A stretch of 56,999 nucleotides of DNA, filler included, from Sphacelaria rigidula (Eukaryota), in the NCBI GenBank assembly GCA_964200075.2. It is 8 parts of 8 records of this genome, joined end to end, with 100 filler letters (N's around TTAATTAATTAA, not from the genome) between each part and the next. Parts side by side here need not be neighbours in the genome. Positions count along the whole stretch, not along the records: positions 1 to 7,038 come from CAXNAA020016823.1; positions 7,139 to 14,176 come from CAXNAA020016824.1; 6 more parts are not named here. One strand, given 5' to 3'. Every line of letters begins with the position of its first letter. The first letter of the stretch is position 1. Of the stretch, positions 1 through 13,246 are shown in pieces. The translations under genes were made by a program, and so were the position numbers. Under the pieces are notes generated by a model that ran no database searches, was not told the DNA's origin, and saw only the letters and a list, made by a program, of their open reading frames with translations.

Positions 1-772
1 AAGGGAGTTGGGGGTAAAGGTCAAAACAATAAGAGAAACCACAAATTGTTTACCCCCCCCCCCCCCCCCTCCCCACAAAGACTCGATTTTTCGATCTTTG
101 GGCCTTCGTGTCCCGAAATAGTCTTTTGACAAACTCGGGAGCTGATCTGCGATACCGCATGAATCATGGGTTGGCTTCCTGCGGTATATCTTCGTACTAG
201 TTCAACTCATGTACAGGTTCGAGATGAGTCCTGCCCTCCTCTCAGATATGCCCAACGAAGTGTATCGTGTTCACTTTTTGTTTTTCTCGTTCCCACTTGT
301 ATCTCCCCCACTTCCGCGTGACGAGTCCGTGGTCCCCTGGTAGACGCCTTACATTTCGGTATCGCGGATTGGATCATGACAGCACTCCCGCACCGCGTCG
401 ATTGTTGTCCAGCTACCTCAGCCGAACCGACTATTTTAATTTCTCGCGTCCCCAATCTTCCAACGATGGAAATGAGATACTCGTACGTCTGAGAAAACTG
501 CCCAACTAGACGCATCTGGTGGCAGTCGAGCACGCGCTTTTCTCGCCAAAATAATGGTGTCAGTTGAACCATTAGAATACCGGGGCGCGGCGGCTGCCGG
601 ACGAGTATGGTGTTGGCGTCTCGCGCGTACAGTGCTCGTGGGTAGGAGTTCCCGCCCAGATACTGTGATCCCCAGACCGTAAGATAACAGGTTACCTTGT
701 TCGTTCTTACTGTATTTTGTTCTTGTTCTTTTACACCCCTCCTTAGTGGAAGCCATGCGGAAGGGTCCTGTC

Positions 773-773
773 G

Positions 774-838
<65 letters not shown>

Positions 839-853
839 ATTGTTATTGTTATT
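773..853. repeat. (GTT)n microsatellite
   Basis: About 22 perfect GTT units followed by GTTATT variants; source of the poly-V and poly-C ORFs. Confidence 0.98.
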
Positions 854-854
854 C

Positions 855-990
855 TCCGTCTTCGTTCTTTCCGCTTATTTCCATCCTTTCCCTTTCTCGA
901 ATTTCCTCAATTACTGTTTCGTTTTCTTCCCCTACGCGTCTATATTTTGACCACGGCTGGGTTCCTAGCGGATCAGCAGAGGTAAATGTG
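855..990 (+). mobile_element. Diverged LINE 3'-UTR fragment
   Basis: Pyrimidine-rich tract followed by GACCACGGCTGGGTTCCTAGCGGATCAG, matching the 3' motif at 27650 and 37800. Confidence 0.55.
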
Positions 991-1157
991 GGACAATTGA
1001 CTGCTAAACGGTCGGCGAGCATAAAAAGCTGGATGAGCTGCACGCTTTTTTATGCATCAGGGAATGCTGGTTGAACGACAGTCCTCACGCTGGCCGTTGC
1101 GTCCTCACTATCTTTTGATAAACTTTGGCAGGCTAGATGAGATTTCTTGTCCCGCAG

Positions 1158-1225
1158 GCACCAGTCAAGGCTTGCCAGTGAGCGTGAGCAATCCTGTTGG
1201 CAGAGACATCGTGCTGTCCGCCAAG
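1158..1225 (+). CDS. Candidate internal exon of an unknown gene (TSQGLPVSVSNPVGRDIVLSAK)
   Basis: ttcttgtcccgcag acceptor and AAG|gtaact donor; ends in phase 0, matching the exon at 5608. Confidence 0.5.
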
Positions 1226-4200
1226 GTAACTAAGTGATACGCACGAACACAATCCCGATCGATAAAGTTAAGAACGAAACGTGCAAAAACCGTCTTGCTG
1301 AGGTTACCTGTTAGTTCGGGTGTTTGAGGGATATGCTACGGTGAAAACGTAATCTAGTTTGTTGTCTACTGGGGGGGGAAGTAATCAAAGCACGGGTTCT
1401 TCATGTTCTCCACGAGCACAACAAAGTTGGCAATCATGGCTGCAACCGTTGACGCACATCGCACACTCAAGCTTCGTCTCGCGAATCGTGCGGCATCACG
1501 AGCTCCGGAGTAAAAAACGGCTCGAAACTTAGCGGCAACAGTGAAGTTACGCAGGGTCAGCACAGAAACGTTTGCGACCATCACTTTTCTCCCGACAAAA
1601 TGCCACGCCACCCTTACTCCCCCGAAATAGAGCACATGTATACCCTACTGCTGAACACGATGGAATATCCTCCGTCATTCTGTCTTGCCGATGCCACATG
1701 GGTGGAATTGTATCTTGAGTTCGGTTTGCGCAATTCGAATGGCCACATAGTAGAACACCACTACTACATGTATTTGAGGACGAATCTCCGGCGAGCCGTA
1801 GAGGAAGTTCCCCTCACCCCTGAAAAGAAGTATCTAGAAGGAGTACGTTTTCAACCGGGCATCTCCTTTGGCACATGCTTCCTCTCGTGGTCTCAAGGAG
1901 TTGCCTGTTACAGAGTGCTGAAAGCGGTGCCCCGATCGTGCCCAGCACGTTACGTGTTCGTCGACTCGTCCCCCGTCAATGGTGTGCCCTTGACTATCTC
2001 AAGTCGAAACAATGATTCCTGGCAGTCAGCGACAAGGACTGCACTGTTCGACCCGCCCGTCACTATCTGCGCAGACTTCAAACACCCGCAACTTCTCGGT
2101 GGAGCCTGGTCAGGTGGCGATCGCCCCGTACGGAACAACCACGTTTCAGGTGTGCTCTGCTGCACAGTATTCTAAACGTAGCTGAATCTGTGGGAAAATG
2201 TAGCCCAGCGTTTGCCTCCTCGGTCATCCTTTACATTAGCGCCCCCGTCCGACCCTGATTCATCGTGCTTCCCACGATGTCCCCCTGCGCCAGGTAATGT
2301 ATACACCGTCCTCTCTAGGTCAGCGGGAAACAGGGGACGTTGTTCTAACACATCCAGAGCTGGGGGACTGGGTATTCGAGGCTAGCGGCGTGGGAGAGAT
2401 ACCGGGCGTGTTGGAGGAACACCGAACAGTTGCCACCGTTGGATCTCACACGAGCACCATGTTCCCGTTTAGGTGAGGGCATTGTTGGCATAGCGTTGGC
2501 GGGTGAACTGGTGCCCACATTTTGTAGCTTCACTGTTGTCCACATATTCCGCGCATGATTTTTTCCGATAAAAAGGCACAGCAGTAACAAGAGGATGACC
2601 GCGGACACTCGACTGTGCCCTCCATGTATACCGCCAAAATCGTCCCCCAAGGTTAGGACTTCATTGTCATGGTGTTGATATCAGTCTCAAGGTAAATTCT
2701 AGGGACGGTTGTCAAGTACTTATGAGCACAAGACTGCTTCAAGTAAGAAAACTACTCTGCTCGTGGACCTTCTCGCTAGAGCCAAACAAAACATTTCGCA
2801 CGTGCGCCCCAGGAACCCTTTCCCGGACCCCCTGCTACTCACGATTGTGCTCAAGACTACTTCAGAGGAGCGAATAGGGCAGGTCAGTGCCGACGGGGAG
2901 AGGGGAGCTGCGCACGCTCGAAAAGGCACGGTTGTAGAAATAGAAGGCGGAAAAGTAGGATCTGGCGGAGGAAAATCGCCGTTCGTTCTCTTGCTCAAGA
3001 AGGCTACCGACTTGGTTCTCCAGCCCTTCCAATCTCTGCAGGTGAGTGCACTCCTCGAGGGTGTTTCGAGCATCCAAACGGTGCAGGTACTGACGTTAAT
3101 GGCGAAAACTTCCTATGCCATTCCGCTTGTCAGCCAATCCTCTTGTCACTGCCCTCTGCGGTACAATTTTTGCACGAAAGCCGATCTCATTTCTGCCTTG
3201 CAAGTTCATTTGCTCAAACCTTGTTGCATCAGTAGTGATTGCCACGTATCCTCGCTTCTGGTTTGCCCTACCAACAAACCAAACATGTAGTCAATGAGTA
3301 TATACACAGAAACGAAGAAGCATACCAGCCTACTTCCGCCCACCGCATGAATCAGAGTTGGCCATTTACATTCAAGTAGAGAGAGGGGGGGAAAGGGAGA
3401 GAGAGGGAAAGAGAGAGAGAGAATAGTGCCTTATTCGTCACCCCCTCGTTCCTCCTCCTTTCCCCACGCATCTCCTCCACTCGTCTTGTGCTCAATGTCA
3501 TCCCGCGTGTTTATTCGCCTTTTTTCGGCATGTTTTTTGCTTCAGATCCCACTCAGTTTTTCGCCCGAGGTCATCGTCGAGGAACAGGCATGGGTAGAAG
3601 TACGGGGACAGCTAGGGGGGAGATCCCTGACCTGGGTCATCCCAGTTGTAGGGGCTGGCGAAGCACCTGGCGGGCTGAAGGTGTTCTCGCTCACCTGCCC
3701 GGCAAAGTCCAGCGTCCGAGAAGATTTCGAGGTACAGCGCGGGTCCTGATATGATGTGGTCCTGATATGATGTGGTCCTGCAAAAGGGCAGGGTCGTGAT
3801 TCGATACCATCCTCGGTAGTGAGGGGTCCCCTTACAGTGCGGTCTAAGTCGCCGGTCGAGTGTTTGAACTCGCGCTACAAACGCAAGGATGTACTTCAGT
3901 TGGGGAGCACTGTGTATTTTAGTGAGGTTCACGTCTCGTGTCACACCACTGCGCTGTATCGGACTCCCGCTGCATCTGCTGTGGTGGGTGTTAGTACCGA
4001 AAGCCATTTTGAGCACATCGTTGGAACCCAGCGTTGGATAATCTGCAAGTAGAGAAAGGTCTAGACGAATGCATTGTACGGGATGCTTAAGGAATATATC
4101 CATGTTTCCCGCTGTGTCGTGAACGGCTGTTCTTTGGCAGAAACGAAACGACGGGTTCGAGGCATTACGTATGTCCCTTACTGTGTGATCATTTGTTCGT

Positions 4201-5607
4201 GTCTGAATCTTGAGGAATGAAGATACTACACATATATGATCACGAATAGACCGAAGTCGAAAGTCAAGAAAAAGGAAGTAAAAATGGCAACGTTCAGTTA
4301 CGGTCTGGAAGAACTACATATTTATTGGGCCAGACATGCAGGTGACTTGCACACAATTGTCTATCCGGCGATACACAGAACATGGCTTCCTCAACCATGG
4401 CATTATGACTTGCGTTTCTTCAAACGTATTATAGTGGTAGTAACCCGTATCCGAGCGCCCTTCCTCTCAGGGGGTTGATATAGGAATTCACCACACTATC
4501 TCAAGTATTCCAACAGGCACGTTCAGTGCAGCGCAGAAATACGCTGTTAGTATAAGCGGTTTTGTGTGAAATAAAAAAGGCTTGAGTGGTCAATGACACT
4601 ACCAACGCGCAGTAGCCGAGTCCTACACACCTACCGGTTGTCACAAAAATATGCGCATACCTCAGCAAGGCAACCAGGCGGACGGACTCAATCGCTGAAA
4701 GAACCTCGAAAAACAGGGACAAAAAATAATGAGAGAATCAACGGGGGAGAGATGTCTGGCTGGTTGAGAAACCCGGCAGGGCCCGGCAGTGCTTCAGGCA
4801 AGGACACCTTACAAAGAGCAAGACAGCCGAAGAAGGTTACGACGCAGCTATCTAGACACCGCACTGTGGGGGCAGGAACCATAATCCGCCAACTCTGAAA
4901 GGGGGTAAAACACCGATTCATACGGCTCAGAGGAGGAAGCGAAACAAAAACATTACTGAAAAGGAAGGAAGGAACAAAACCACAAAAAAACAAATCATGA
5001 GAGGGTGGGGGGGACACCGTTAGAGTTACAAGCCAAGACGAGGAGGAAACGACTGACAGGCTGAGGCAGGGATATGAGAGTCAATTTTACCCCTTCTCTC
5101 CCCCCTTCACCCCTAGTCAAGGGGGAAACGAGTTACCCTCTTCTTAATATTTTTCACCTTGGGTTCCTCGCAAGCTGTCGCTGCCGTTCTTACGCTATGG
5201 TTGCTGAATATCTTAGCGGCGGCCCTCGAGATGGCACATGACATCAGCAAAATCCATACAGGCACAAATGATTATGCTTAAGGATTGCTTAGGGTACGGT
5301 TGATGGTGGAAGACGCTATTTTCACCTCATTATGAAATGAACCTCAGCGTTATTCTCGCACCAATGTGTTTATGTAGACTGCAAAAAAACATGCGTTAAC
5401 ACTCCGCGCACCTATTTTCGGTATAATCCAGCGTGTATTTCCTCAAGTACTGTAATAGTAATAAGGTGCTGTTCATAGTACGTGTGCACAGCAGTCGCGT
5501 GGAGTAGACAATGTGGACATTACAACCACCAAATGAGGTGCCTAACTGAAACGGTTATGGCGGAAACACGGGTTCCTGTACTGTTTTGCCCTTTTTCTTC
5601 TTTACAG

Positions 5608-5643
5608 TCGATGTCGCTCTTTGCCTCGAACGATCTTGAAAAG
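5608..5643 (+). CDS. Candidate 36-nt internal exon (SMSLFASNDLEK)
   Basis: Strong ctttttcttctttacag acceptor and AAG|gtgaga donor; phase 0/0. Confidence 0.6.
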
Positions 5644-5833
5644 GTGAGAACTATTTTGTAGTAATTGCGGAAAAGCACGGCTCACTTCAAAAAATAGTTT
5701 TGTTCGTCATCAACAGCAAGAACCAACCCTAACGCCGCTATAGCTCGCTTGAACTTATTATGTACTGTTCATCAGCAACAACTACTACCGTCTTCCTCCT
5801 GTTGTCTACATGATGTTTTTCATGGCTATGCAG

Positions 5834-5919
5834 GTGGAGCTGGTCGGACTGGCTGGCGTGGAACCGGGAGAGAAATTCGCATTCGAACTCGCCCTCCCCG
5901 AGGATCAGGCTATGAAGAG
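5834..5919 (+). CDS. Candidate internal exon (VELVGLAGVEPGEKFAFELALPEDQAMK)
   Basis: atgcag acceptor and AG|gtactt donor; GC-rich, coding-like composition; in frame with the preceding exon. Confidence 0.6.
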
Positions 5920-6715
5920 GTACTTTCTCGAATTTCAACACAACAAGTCCCCAAGTATTTTTATGTTGCATAAGTTCCCCTGCTCGATGCCACATTTTTT
6001 CCTTGCGAATAGTCATGATCAGGCAATTCCTATCGCGTAGCCACCTGGGTTATACAGGTACATTCATCGACAAACTCGTGTCGCCGTACGTGTTTCATTT
6101 GGCTTTCGTTCGAAGACATAAGTACTGCGCCGTATAAGTCAATGTTGGGCTGGGGAAAAGGCCTCCTCCGCCTGCGCTGCTCCCTTATTTCACCCATGTG
6201 AGCAAGAACACATTTAGGAAACAAAACCATCGACACGGCACGGAGAGGAGCGGGGAAGAACTCGACGATGGAGGCAGGAGACGCGAAAAGAAAATGAGCT
6301 GTGGAAGAACATTTGGCTATTGTTTCCCAGGGACCCTCAGTTTGCGAAGAAACGGGCGCTGTCTTTCATGTGTGATCGGTGGTGGGGGACGGCAGGATAT
6401 CAAAGTCGCAGAGTGTGAAGACATACATAGCTGACGCTCAAACCGCATTGAATTGACCCGCACTTGGCCTCCTGTATTCGTGTATCCGACTCGTTTGTTG
6501 TCTTGTTTGCTTGCTTTTCGTATCGGCTCTCCCCATGTTTGCTTTGTATCGTTATCTATATATCTGCTCTTCACCATTCAATTACCCCGATGGTCCCACT
6601 GATGCACCAGCGACTAGTTCCAAGGAGCAAGGGAGGTTCAGAGCATGGCAAAATACGGACGAAAACGGTACCACCTAAACTCACAGAGCATGTGCGCCTC
6701 TTTACCTATAACAGC

Positions 6716-6830
6716 CACGGGTGGCCACTGGGGTACCTGCAACCTCAAATTTGGACGTTACAGGAGTTGCATAAGATATGTAACGTCGAAATTTATTTGA
6801 GGTTACAGGCATCCCAGTGGCCACCCCGTG
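6716..6830. mobile_element. Small hairpin MITE-like element
   Basis: About 46-52 bp imperfect inverted arms, CACGGGTGGCCACTGGG...CCCAGTGGCCACCCCGTG. Confidence 0.7.
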
Positions 6831-6849
6831 AGACAATTATTCCAAAAAA

Positions 6850-6965
6850 TGAGGTTGTAGGATGAAATGAGATTCAAGCCCGAAACAATGCTTTCTCCAC
6901 ACTTACAGCGATGGTGCCCGATGACGTTTTTGTCCACCTACTGCCCCTCGATCGCGTAGATACTT
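6850..6965. repeat. Dispersed repeat; inverted relative at about 14350-14460
   Basis: Aligns by eye to the reverse complement of 14350-14460. Confidence 0.65.
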
Positions 6966-7038
6966 CTTCAGCGCATTTTACCGACTCTGTGAGCTTCCAG
7001 CGCTGACCAAAACCGTAGCTTTCCCTGATTTTTAATTG

Positions 7039-7138
7039 NNNNNNNNNNNNNNNNNNNNNNNNNNNNNNNNNNNNNNNNNNNNTTAATTAATTAANNNNNN
7101 NNNNNNNNNNNNNNNNNNNNNNNNNNNNNNNNNNNNNN
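7039..7138. other. Artificial contig linker 1
   Basis: 44 N + TTAATTAATTAA (stops in all six frames) + 44 N. Confidence 0.99.
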
Positions 7139-7141
7139 CAA

Positions 7142-7200
7142 GAGAGATATGCCACTTCAACCCCATATTTTGTATGAACCCCAAAATATAAAATCGGCTG
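7142..7200 (-). mobile_element. Terminus of a high-copy TIR-type element, flanked by TTAA
   Basis: 57/59 identical to the reverse complement of 14118-14176; ends ...ATCGGCTG|TTAA. Confidence 0.75.
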
Positions 7201-7204
7201 TTAA

Positions 7205-9450
7205 ATGTGCTTGTTGCCACTCTCCGTAAGAGGCAACGATCCGAAAAACTCCCAAGATATAACTTCACCGGGCCCCATAGGGAGCGGCATGGACATGACT
7301 GGCCAACGCAAGGTCTGGCGAGACGTCTTGCGCGCCTGACAAATCAAACAACGACGTACCCACCAACGGACACATTGGTCGATACCTATCTGCCAGTAGA
7401 ATCGCTCGATGAACTGGGTCGTTTGAATTGTACCTAGATGGTTCGAAACGTTGGAATGGCACCCGTGCACAACCCAGGTTGCATCAGCATTGGCACGTGA
7501 ATGCGAAGAGTTTATTGACCGAGTAATCGAGCTTATCTACCGGTAGGACGGTCTAACTGAGGTGCCCGCGTGGGTTTGCGAATCAAAAATCCAATGTCCT
7601 CATCATCCATGTGCGATTTGCTTTTGCGGGCCAGCTCAGCAACTTTATACTGGGTGGGTGCCCGGCGTCGCACGACAGGTTTGAGAATATCCGCGGAGGG
7701 GAATGAGAGTGGATGCTTTTGGGACAGGTAGAGTATCGCTGCGCGGCACGCAGGCTCGGCTAAGTGTTCTCGCGTCCAATCTTGGCGGGAAAACAAGCCT
7801 ATTTTTTCTTGTTCATTCTCGTTCTACTATAAATGAGATCGCGTACTTGTACAGTGGAAACAGATGGAGGGACGGTGAGCTTCGGTGTGGCAGCAACATT
7901 CATGCGGCGGCCCGTCACCCTGAAAACGTCATTTCCAGAGATGGTACTTGCATTAGTGCTGGCATTCCTAGAAACCAAAAGAAGGGATCGAGGGAGCAAG
8001 CCACCGAGCGCCGTGTTCGGTGCAGAAGGTGTCAGCCCACTCGTGCTCAAACCTGGCGTCTCAGTGCCAGCCCACTCATGCCAAAACCCAGAGGCTCGGT
8101 GTCGGTCCAATCATGCTGAAACTCGGAGTCTCGGCGGAGGCGTACGCGAATAATCTCCGCCGCTATGTAGCTATTTATGACTACTTGTACTTGACCAGCC
8201 AGCAGCGGTTTCGTGCGATACGGACGCGTGGCGATGGGGGGCGTTGCTCATGTCACGTTGATCTTAAACGGGGCCATCGTGCATCGACCCAAATCCAGAG
8301 GTGAGGTGGAAAATCGCGCGGCATAGCCGATCAGAACATCTAGAAGTTTGTCGATGACCGCTGCAGTCCAGCCGGCACCGTCGATAGTGAAGGCGATGTG
8401 ACAGAGGTGGGACGTCATTTCTTAGTCGCAAAAAAAACTTGCTCGCTGCTCAGGCTGTAAAAATTCTAACAGTGTTTGAGGAATGTCGGTTTCCACGTCG
8501 TCATCCGACGCGGTCGTAACCATTGGATCAACGGACACTGGTCCAGTACAGTCCGTATTCTGCTCGAAGTCAGTTGAAGAGGTGGTACTGGTGCGGAGAC
8601 ATATATCAGACAGATGTGTACGTGGAGGTGGAGCCGAAGCATACCCCAGCAACTGGTTGGGTACTAAATCAATGCGGAGACATCAGAAAAAATTGCTGGG
8701 GTCCGTCCTTAACAAATAATACGTCTTCCTGTCCGAACACATGCATGTGTCGGAAAACGTAACCAGCTATTCTCTGCCCAACAAAACATGGAATGCCATG
8801 GTAATATGTGAAACATTTAAAATCCAGACAAAACGTCGTGCCATGGGGTGCGTATCGTTGAAGAACTGAACACTTATTGCACAGCCTGGGTGGTACTCAA
8901 AAGTAGAACCTGACCCGAAGTCACCGAAGGTGCAGGGGGGGGACAGCGGACAGACATTTGTCATCGGCCGCGCCGGCGCGGAGCACGTCCTGCCTGCAAC
9001 TGGCGGTGGGAAAGGTCTGAGGGGAGCCCGAGTCCGATAATGCCAGGACCATAAGCTGACGGCTTGCGCAAGACCCACAATGAAGTCCAACTCTAGTTGT
9101 AAAATACGCATCGTCTGAGGTGACAACGCCACTCGTAAGATCCGGGCCAATTTCTGGCAACGCATCGTTACGTGTTCGCTCTACCTCCTGAACTACAACA
9201 GTATTGAGATATACTCTGGGGTGGTCTTGTTGGGTCTGGGGATGTGGGTACTGGTCTTGGATGCTCTCCCATGTTGGAGCGTCAGGGCTACGTATCTCGT
9301 ACACCGCTATGAGAGTGCGACTATTAGGGGTGGCCGTCGTGGTGGAAGCGGGGCCGGCTGTGCTGTCGGTAGGGGGGGCATGCACTGCCGGCTTGCTAGT
9401 GGATGTCTCAAGTGTGGGGTCGGCAAAAATTTTAATCCTGCTCAAGGGGC
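7205..9450 (-). mobile_element. Degenerate Ty3/gypsy internal region: protease, RT N-terminus, integrase N-terminus
   Basis: Protease motif LALSDSGS; RT start RPYRTKP; integrase zinc finger CH...HLG...RFYW...CLICQARK leading into the core start GSLPLTESGNKHI; stops and frameshifts. Confidence 0.9.
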
Positions 9451-9763
9451 AGCGAAAACAAATTCAGGACACGTAGGCCCCAAATTCGAAAATTTTAGTT
9501 TTTGAGGGGGGGATGGGGGGGGCGGGGGGCACCCAGCCGTGCGTCCCCTGGTTTATTGCCGAAGGGTTGGCGGATGCGGTCAGCTACCGTGGACAGTAGA
9601 GATCCTTATATATTACATATCATATGTTGTATATTATATTTTATCATATATGATATAAGATATATGATATATTTTGTATCATGTATCATGTATTATATAT
9701 TATATATTATGTACTTTATGTATGCTTCTGCTCCTCAATATATACTACATTATATATTTTACC

Positions 9764-10770
9764 CCAGGGGAAGTCCTGAAATAACGGATGGTTTTCTTGG
9801 AAAGCAGTCATTCATTGTAACGGGTATAAAGGGTTCAAGCAAGGAAACTTCGATTTTCAACAGGGAAAGATGTACTACGATACCCCTGAATACTATTCTA
9901 TATGTTTCATTTCGAGCGATGTTCCCCAAATACCCCCACAGTTGTCACAAATCCTACCTGAGGGGGAGGGTGTCCACGCTTTCCGCCGCTGGATCAGTTC
10001 CCGTTTGGGACCGTCAGGAGGGATATTCAAACTACAGCTGATGCGGGTTCCAAATTCGAAGAAAAGGCTCGAATTTTGCAAGCGCGTTGCACTACAGCAG
10101 TATTGTTCGACAGCCTCACCGCGAAACCGGTTCTCAACACAGCCTCGGCGGAAGTGACCATACAAGGCGTGATAGCTGGTTCAGACTGGATGAAGCGCCT
10201 CGCATGCGCACTACTGGCGACACAACCCCAAGCGTGGGACTAACCCTTACCCCCGTTGTGTGTGTGCAGCTTTATTGTGGGGCATCCCTTTTATCCAACT
10301 AACGGATGTACTGTATTGGTGCTGTACTCTGATGTGCTGGTATATATCAGTAGACTGCTGAATGATGCTGCGTTTCAAAGATCGCTGGCGTCTGTAGCCG
10401 CAGTGGATCGTTCCGCTGACGGCGGTCGTCGTCGGCGCAACATTATCAAGTCTCTCTCAGATACTCAACAAGAGGCGCTCGAAAACTCGATGGCTAGTCC
10501 AAAAAACTATGTTTTCAGCATGCTTCGTTACGTGTTCCGTAGCGCTTAGACGCAGGCCCTGCTCAAAAGACACACCGCACAATAATAACGGCGGTTTTTT
10601 CTGTTGGACTGCTGATCATCATGCTTGCGCTGCCGTACAGAAACTTCTGGATTAGGGTTACATGGCCGAAACTGGTTGCGAATCCCGAGCCTTTTGGACA
10701 AAATAAATGAAATTTCGATGGTCAGTTGAACGTCACTCAAAGTTGAACGTCAAAAACGAATCCTGGCTGT
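9764..10770 (+). mobile_element. About 1-kb non-coding interspersed element, copy 1
   Basis: Colinear with copies 2 and 3; termini CCAGGGGAAGTCC...GGCTGT. Confidence 0.85.
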
Positions 10771-11779
10771 TCTGTGTGGCTCTCACTTCGGATAAGCATC
10801 GCGGTGAAAGTTGATCGGTGCCAATCCTTTGATTTTGATTTCGAAATACCGTACGTAGCGGTCGTTAAAAAACAAAACTCCACTGCATTACTCACATGCG
10901 TTGGAGGGATGTTCGTCACGCTGGGGGAAGTTCAATACAGTTTGAGCGGTATGTCGAGGAAGTGTAAGCAATACATGTCTTGACAAGCAGCTTGTAAACA
11001 TTGGGGAACAACCCGGAATTGAAAAACATTCGTCCACATGTTGCACAGGTGCAGAGTCGTGATGCACTCGGGTATCCGACGCGTTCGGGTCGGATAGTGT
11101 TCGTGCGCATGATGTTTTTAGTCAGTATAGAGTTTCCCATTCTCCACCAGCGCCTCCTCTCGAAAACGCTCTCACACTACGAAGTGGGAGCACTGGGCAT
11201 TTGTATGCTGGTGTACTGTATGTGGAAACCGAAAGACTTCGAACCGAAGAGCCGGGCCCAGACAGGATATCGATCCAAGCATCACAACTTGTATGCGCTG
11301 CTGGGCATCGCATTTCGTGATTGGGATACCGATTTTTTATGGACAGACTACTGGACAAAAGCGGCTACACCTCCCCAGCCGGCTGGGCTGGGCGACGCAT
11401 GCTCCAAGGTGTACTGGTATCGAAAATCCTCGTGGACAAAAATATCACGCGCCCGGGAGACGGGGCTCACGCCTGCGGGATGGAAATTGTATTGCTGCTG
11501 AACGGCTGTGTGTGCAGAACACTTTTGTGAAGTGAAACTAGACGGAATTAACCCGCAAGCTTCGGTTGGCACCTGAAATGTTCCTGCAACACGAGGGTTG
11601 CGCGAAAAAACGTGCCTCGTGGTACTCAACCCGAAGGGTTGTACTCGTGTGATGAAACTCCAAGAGATAAGAACAGGCGACCGAACATCGTGTAGTGCTA
11701 TAAATCACTTGCGACGGCAGCATTTCTCCATCGGTGGTAGTCCGTTGCGGAGACGGTGTTGCGCCTGTATTGTTGTCGT

Positions 11780-12120
11780 ACATTTTATTCTGGACGTCGG
11801 GCTCCACCTTTTCGGTATATGTGAGCGCACCAGCCGGGGCCACACAGGAGGAAGTCAACACAGTAGCTTTTTATTTATTATTATTTTTCAATACCTAACC
11901 TTCCTTCTGGGATGCTTGCCTTTATTTTTTCATCAAAAGGGGGTTCAGCAGTTCCTTTTCCTCGTCGACCGTCAAATCGAATTTTGTGTATCCACGACAT
12001 AGTCGCTCCCTACTGTTGGGCATGGTGTGAGGAAAATCCCAGATCACTCTGAGATTTGAACCTACGACCCACCCGTCAGAAGGTGTCGAGGGTACCGACT
12101 GAGCCACCGGGGCGACCGGC
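11780..12120 (-). mobile_element. tRNA-derived SINE
   Basis: Minus-strand head GCCGGTCGCCCCGGTGGCTCAGTCGG (A box) and GGTTCAAATCT (B box); body shared with 39550-39850. Confidence 0.85.
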
Positions 12121-12209
12121 TGTAGTACTCATGAACTACTGTGGGGGTCAGTTGAAGTGCGACCATGAATCATCAAAAAACTGTAGTGTGGAGGATACCA
12201 TACCTCTTA

Positions 12210-13226
12210 ACAGCCTGGAATCGTTATTGAGGTTCAACATTTCTATGAGGTTTAACGAACCATCGAAATTCCACTTACTTTGTTCAAAGGGCTAGGGAGT
12301 CGCAACCGGTTTTGTCCATGTGCCCCTAGTTCACAAGTTTCTGAACTGGAGCGAAAGCATGATGGTGTGCAGACCAAAAACCGAAAAGCCGCCCTAATTC
12401 ATTGTGCCGCATCTATCGAGCAACTATTGCGTCTAAGCGCTGTGGAACACGTTACAAAGCATGCTGAAAACATACTTCTTCGGACTAGTCATCGAGTTTT
12501 CGAGCGCCTTTTGTTGTGTATTTGAGAGAGACTTCATACTGTTGCGTCGGCGACGACCGCCGTCAGCGAAATGATCCAATGCGGCGGCAGACGCCAACGA
12601 TCTTCGAAACGCAGCGTCATTCAGCAGTCTGCTGAGATATACCATCACCACAGCACAGCATCACCACAGTACAGTGGTCAGTTAGATCAAATGGGTGCCC
12701 CACGATGAACCTGCAGACACACACAGCGGGGGTAAGGGTTAGTCCGACGCCTGGGCTTGTTTCGCCAGTAGTGCCCATGCGAGGCGCTTCATCTAGTCTG
12801 AACCAGCTATCACGCCTTGTATGGCCACCTCCGCCGTGGCTGTGTTGAGAACCGGTTTCGCGGTGGAGCTGTTGAACAACACTACTGCTGTAGTGCAACG
12901 CGCTTCAAACATTTGAGCCGTTTCTTTTGAATTTAAAAGCCGCAGCAGCTCTAGTTTGAATATCCCTTCCGACGGTCCCAAACGGGCGCTGATAAAGCGC
13001 GACGAAAAGCACTGGCACCCTCCCCTGAGATGGGATTCGCAACAACTGTGGGGGTATTTGGTGAACATCGCTCGGAATGAAATATGTAGAACAGTATTCA
13101 GGGGTATCGTAAGTACATGTTCCCCTGTTCAAAACCGACATTTCATCGATCTAACACTTGACACCTGTTGAGAAATGAACGACTGCTTTCCAAGAAAACA
13201 GCCCGTTATTTCCGGACTTCCCCTGG
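12210..13226 (-). mobile_element. About 1-kb interspersed element, copy 2 (inverted)
   Basis: Reverse complement aligns with copies 1 and 3. Confidence 0.88.
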
Positions 13227-13246
13227 AGTCTAACTCTAACACTGAG

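Noticed and set aside
697..1074. Poly-Cys and poly-Val ORFs (also the poly-Ile and poly-Asn ORFs at 37336 and 49612)
   Set aside because: Translations of trinucleotide microsatellites.
1366..4103. Several 100-190 aa ORFs on both strands
   Set aside because: No recognisable motifs, and stops interrupt the most protein-like frame; probably an old TE inside an intron, but I cannot assign it.
7083..7094. TTAATTAATTAA recurring every 7.14 kb as a biological periodic or CRISPR-like repeat
   Set aside because: Always embedded in fixed N runs; it is a synthetic six-frame-stop linker.
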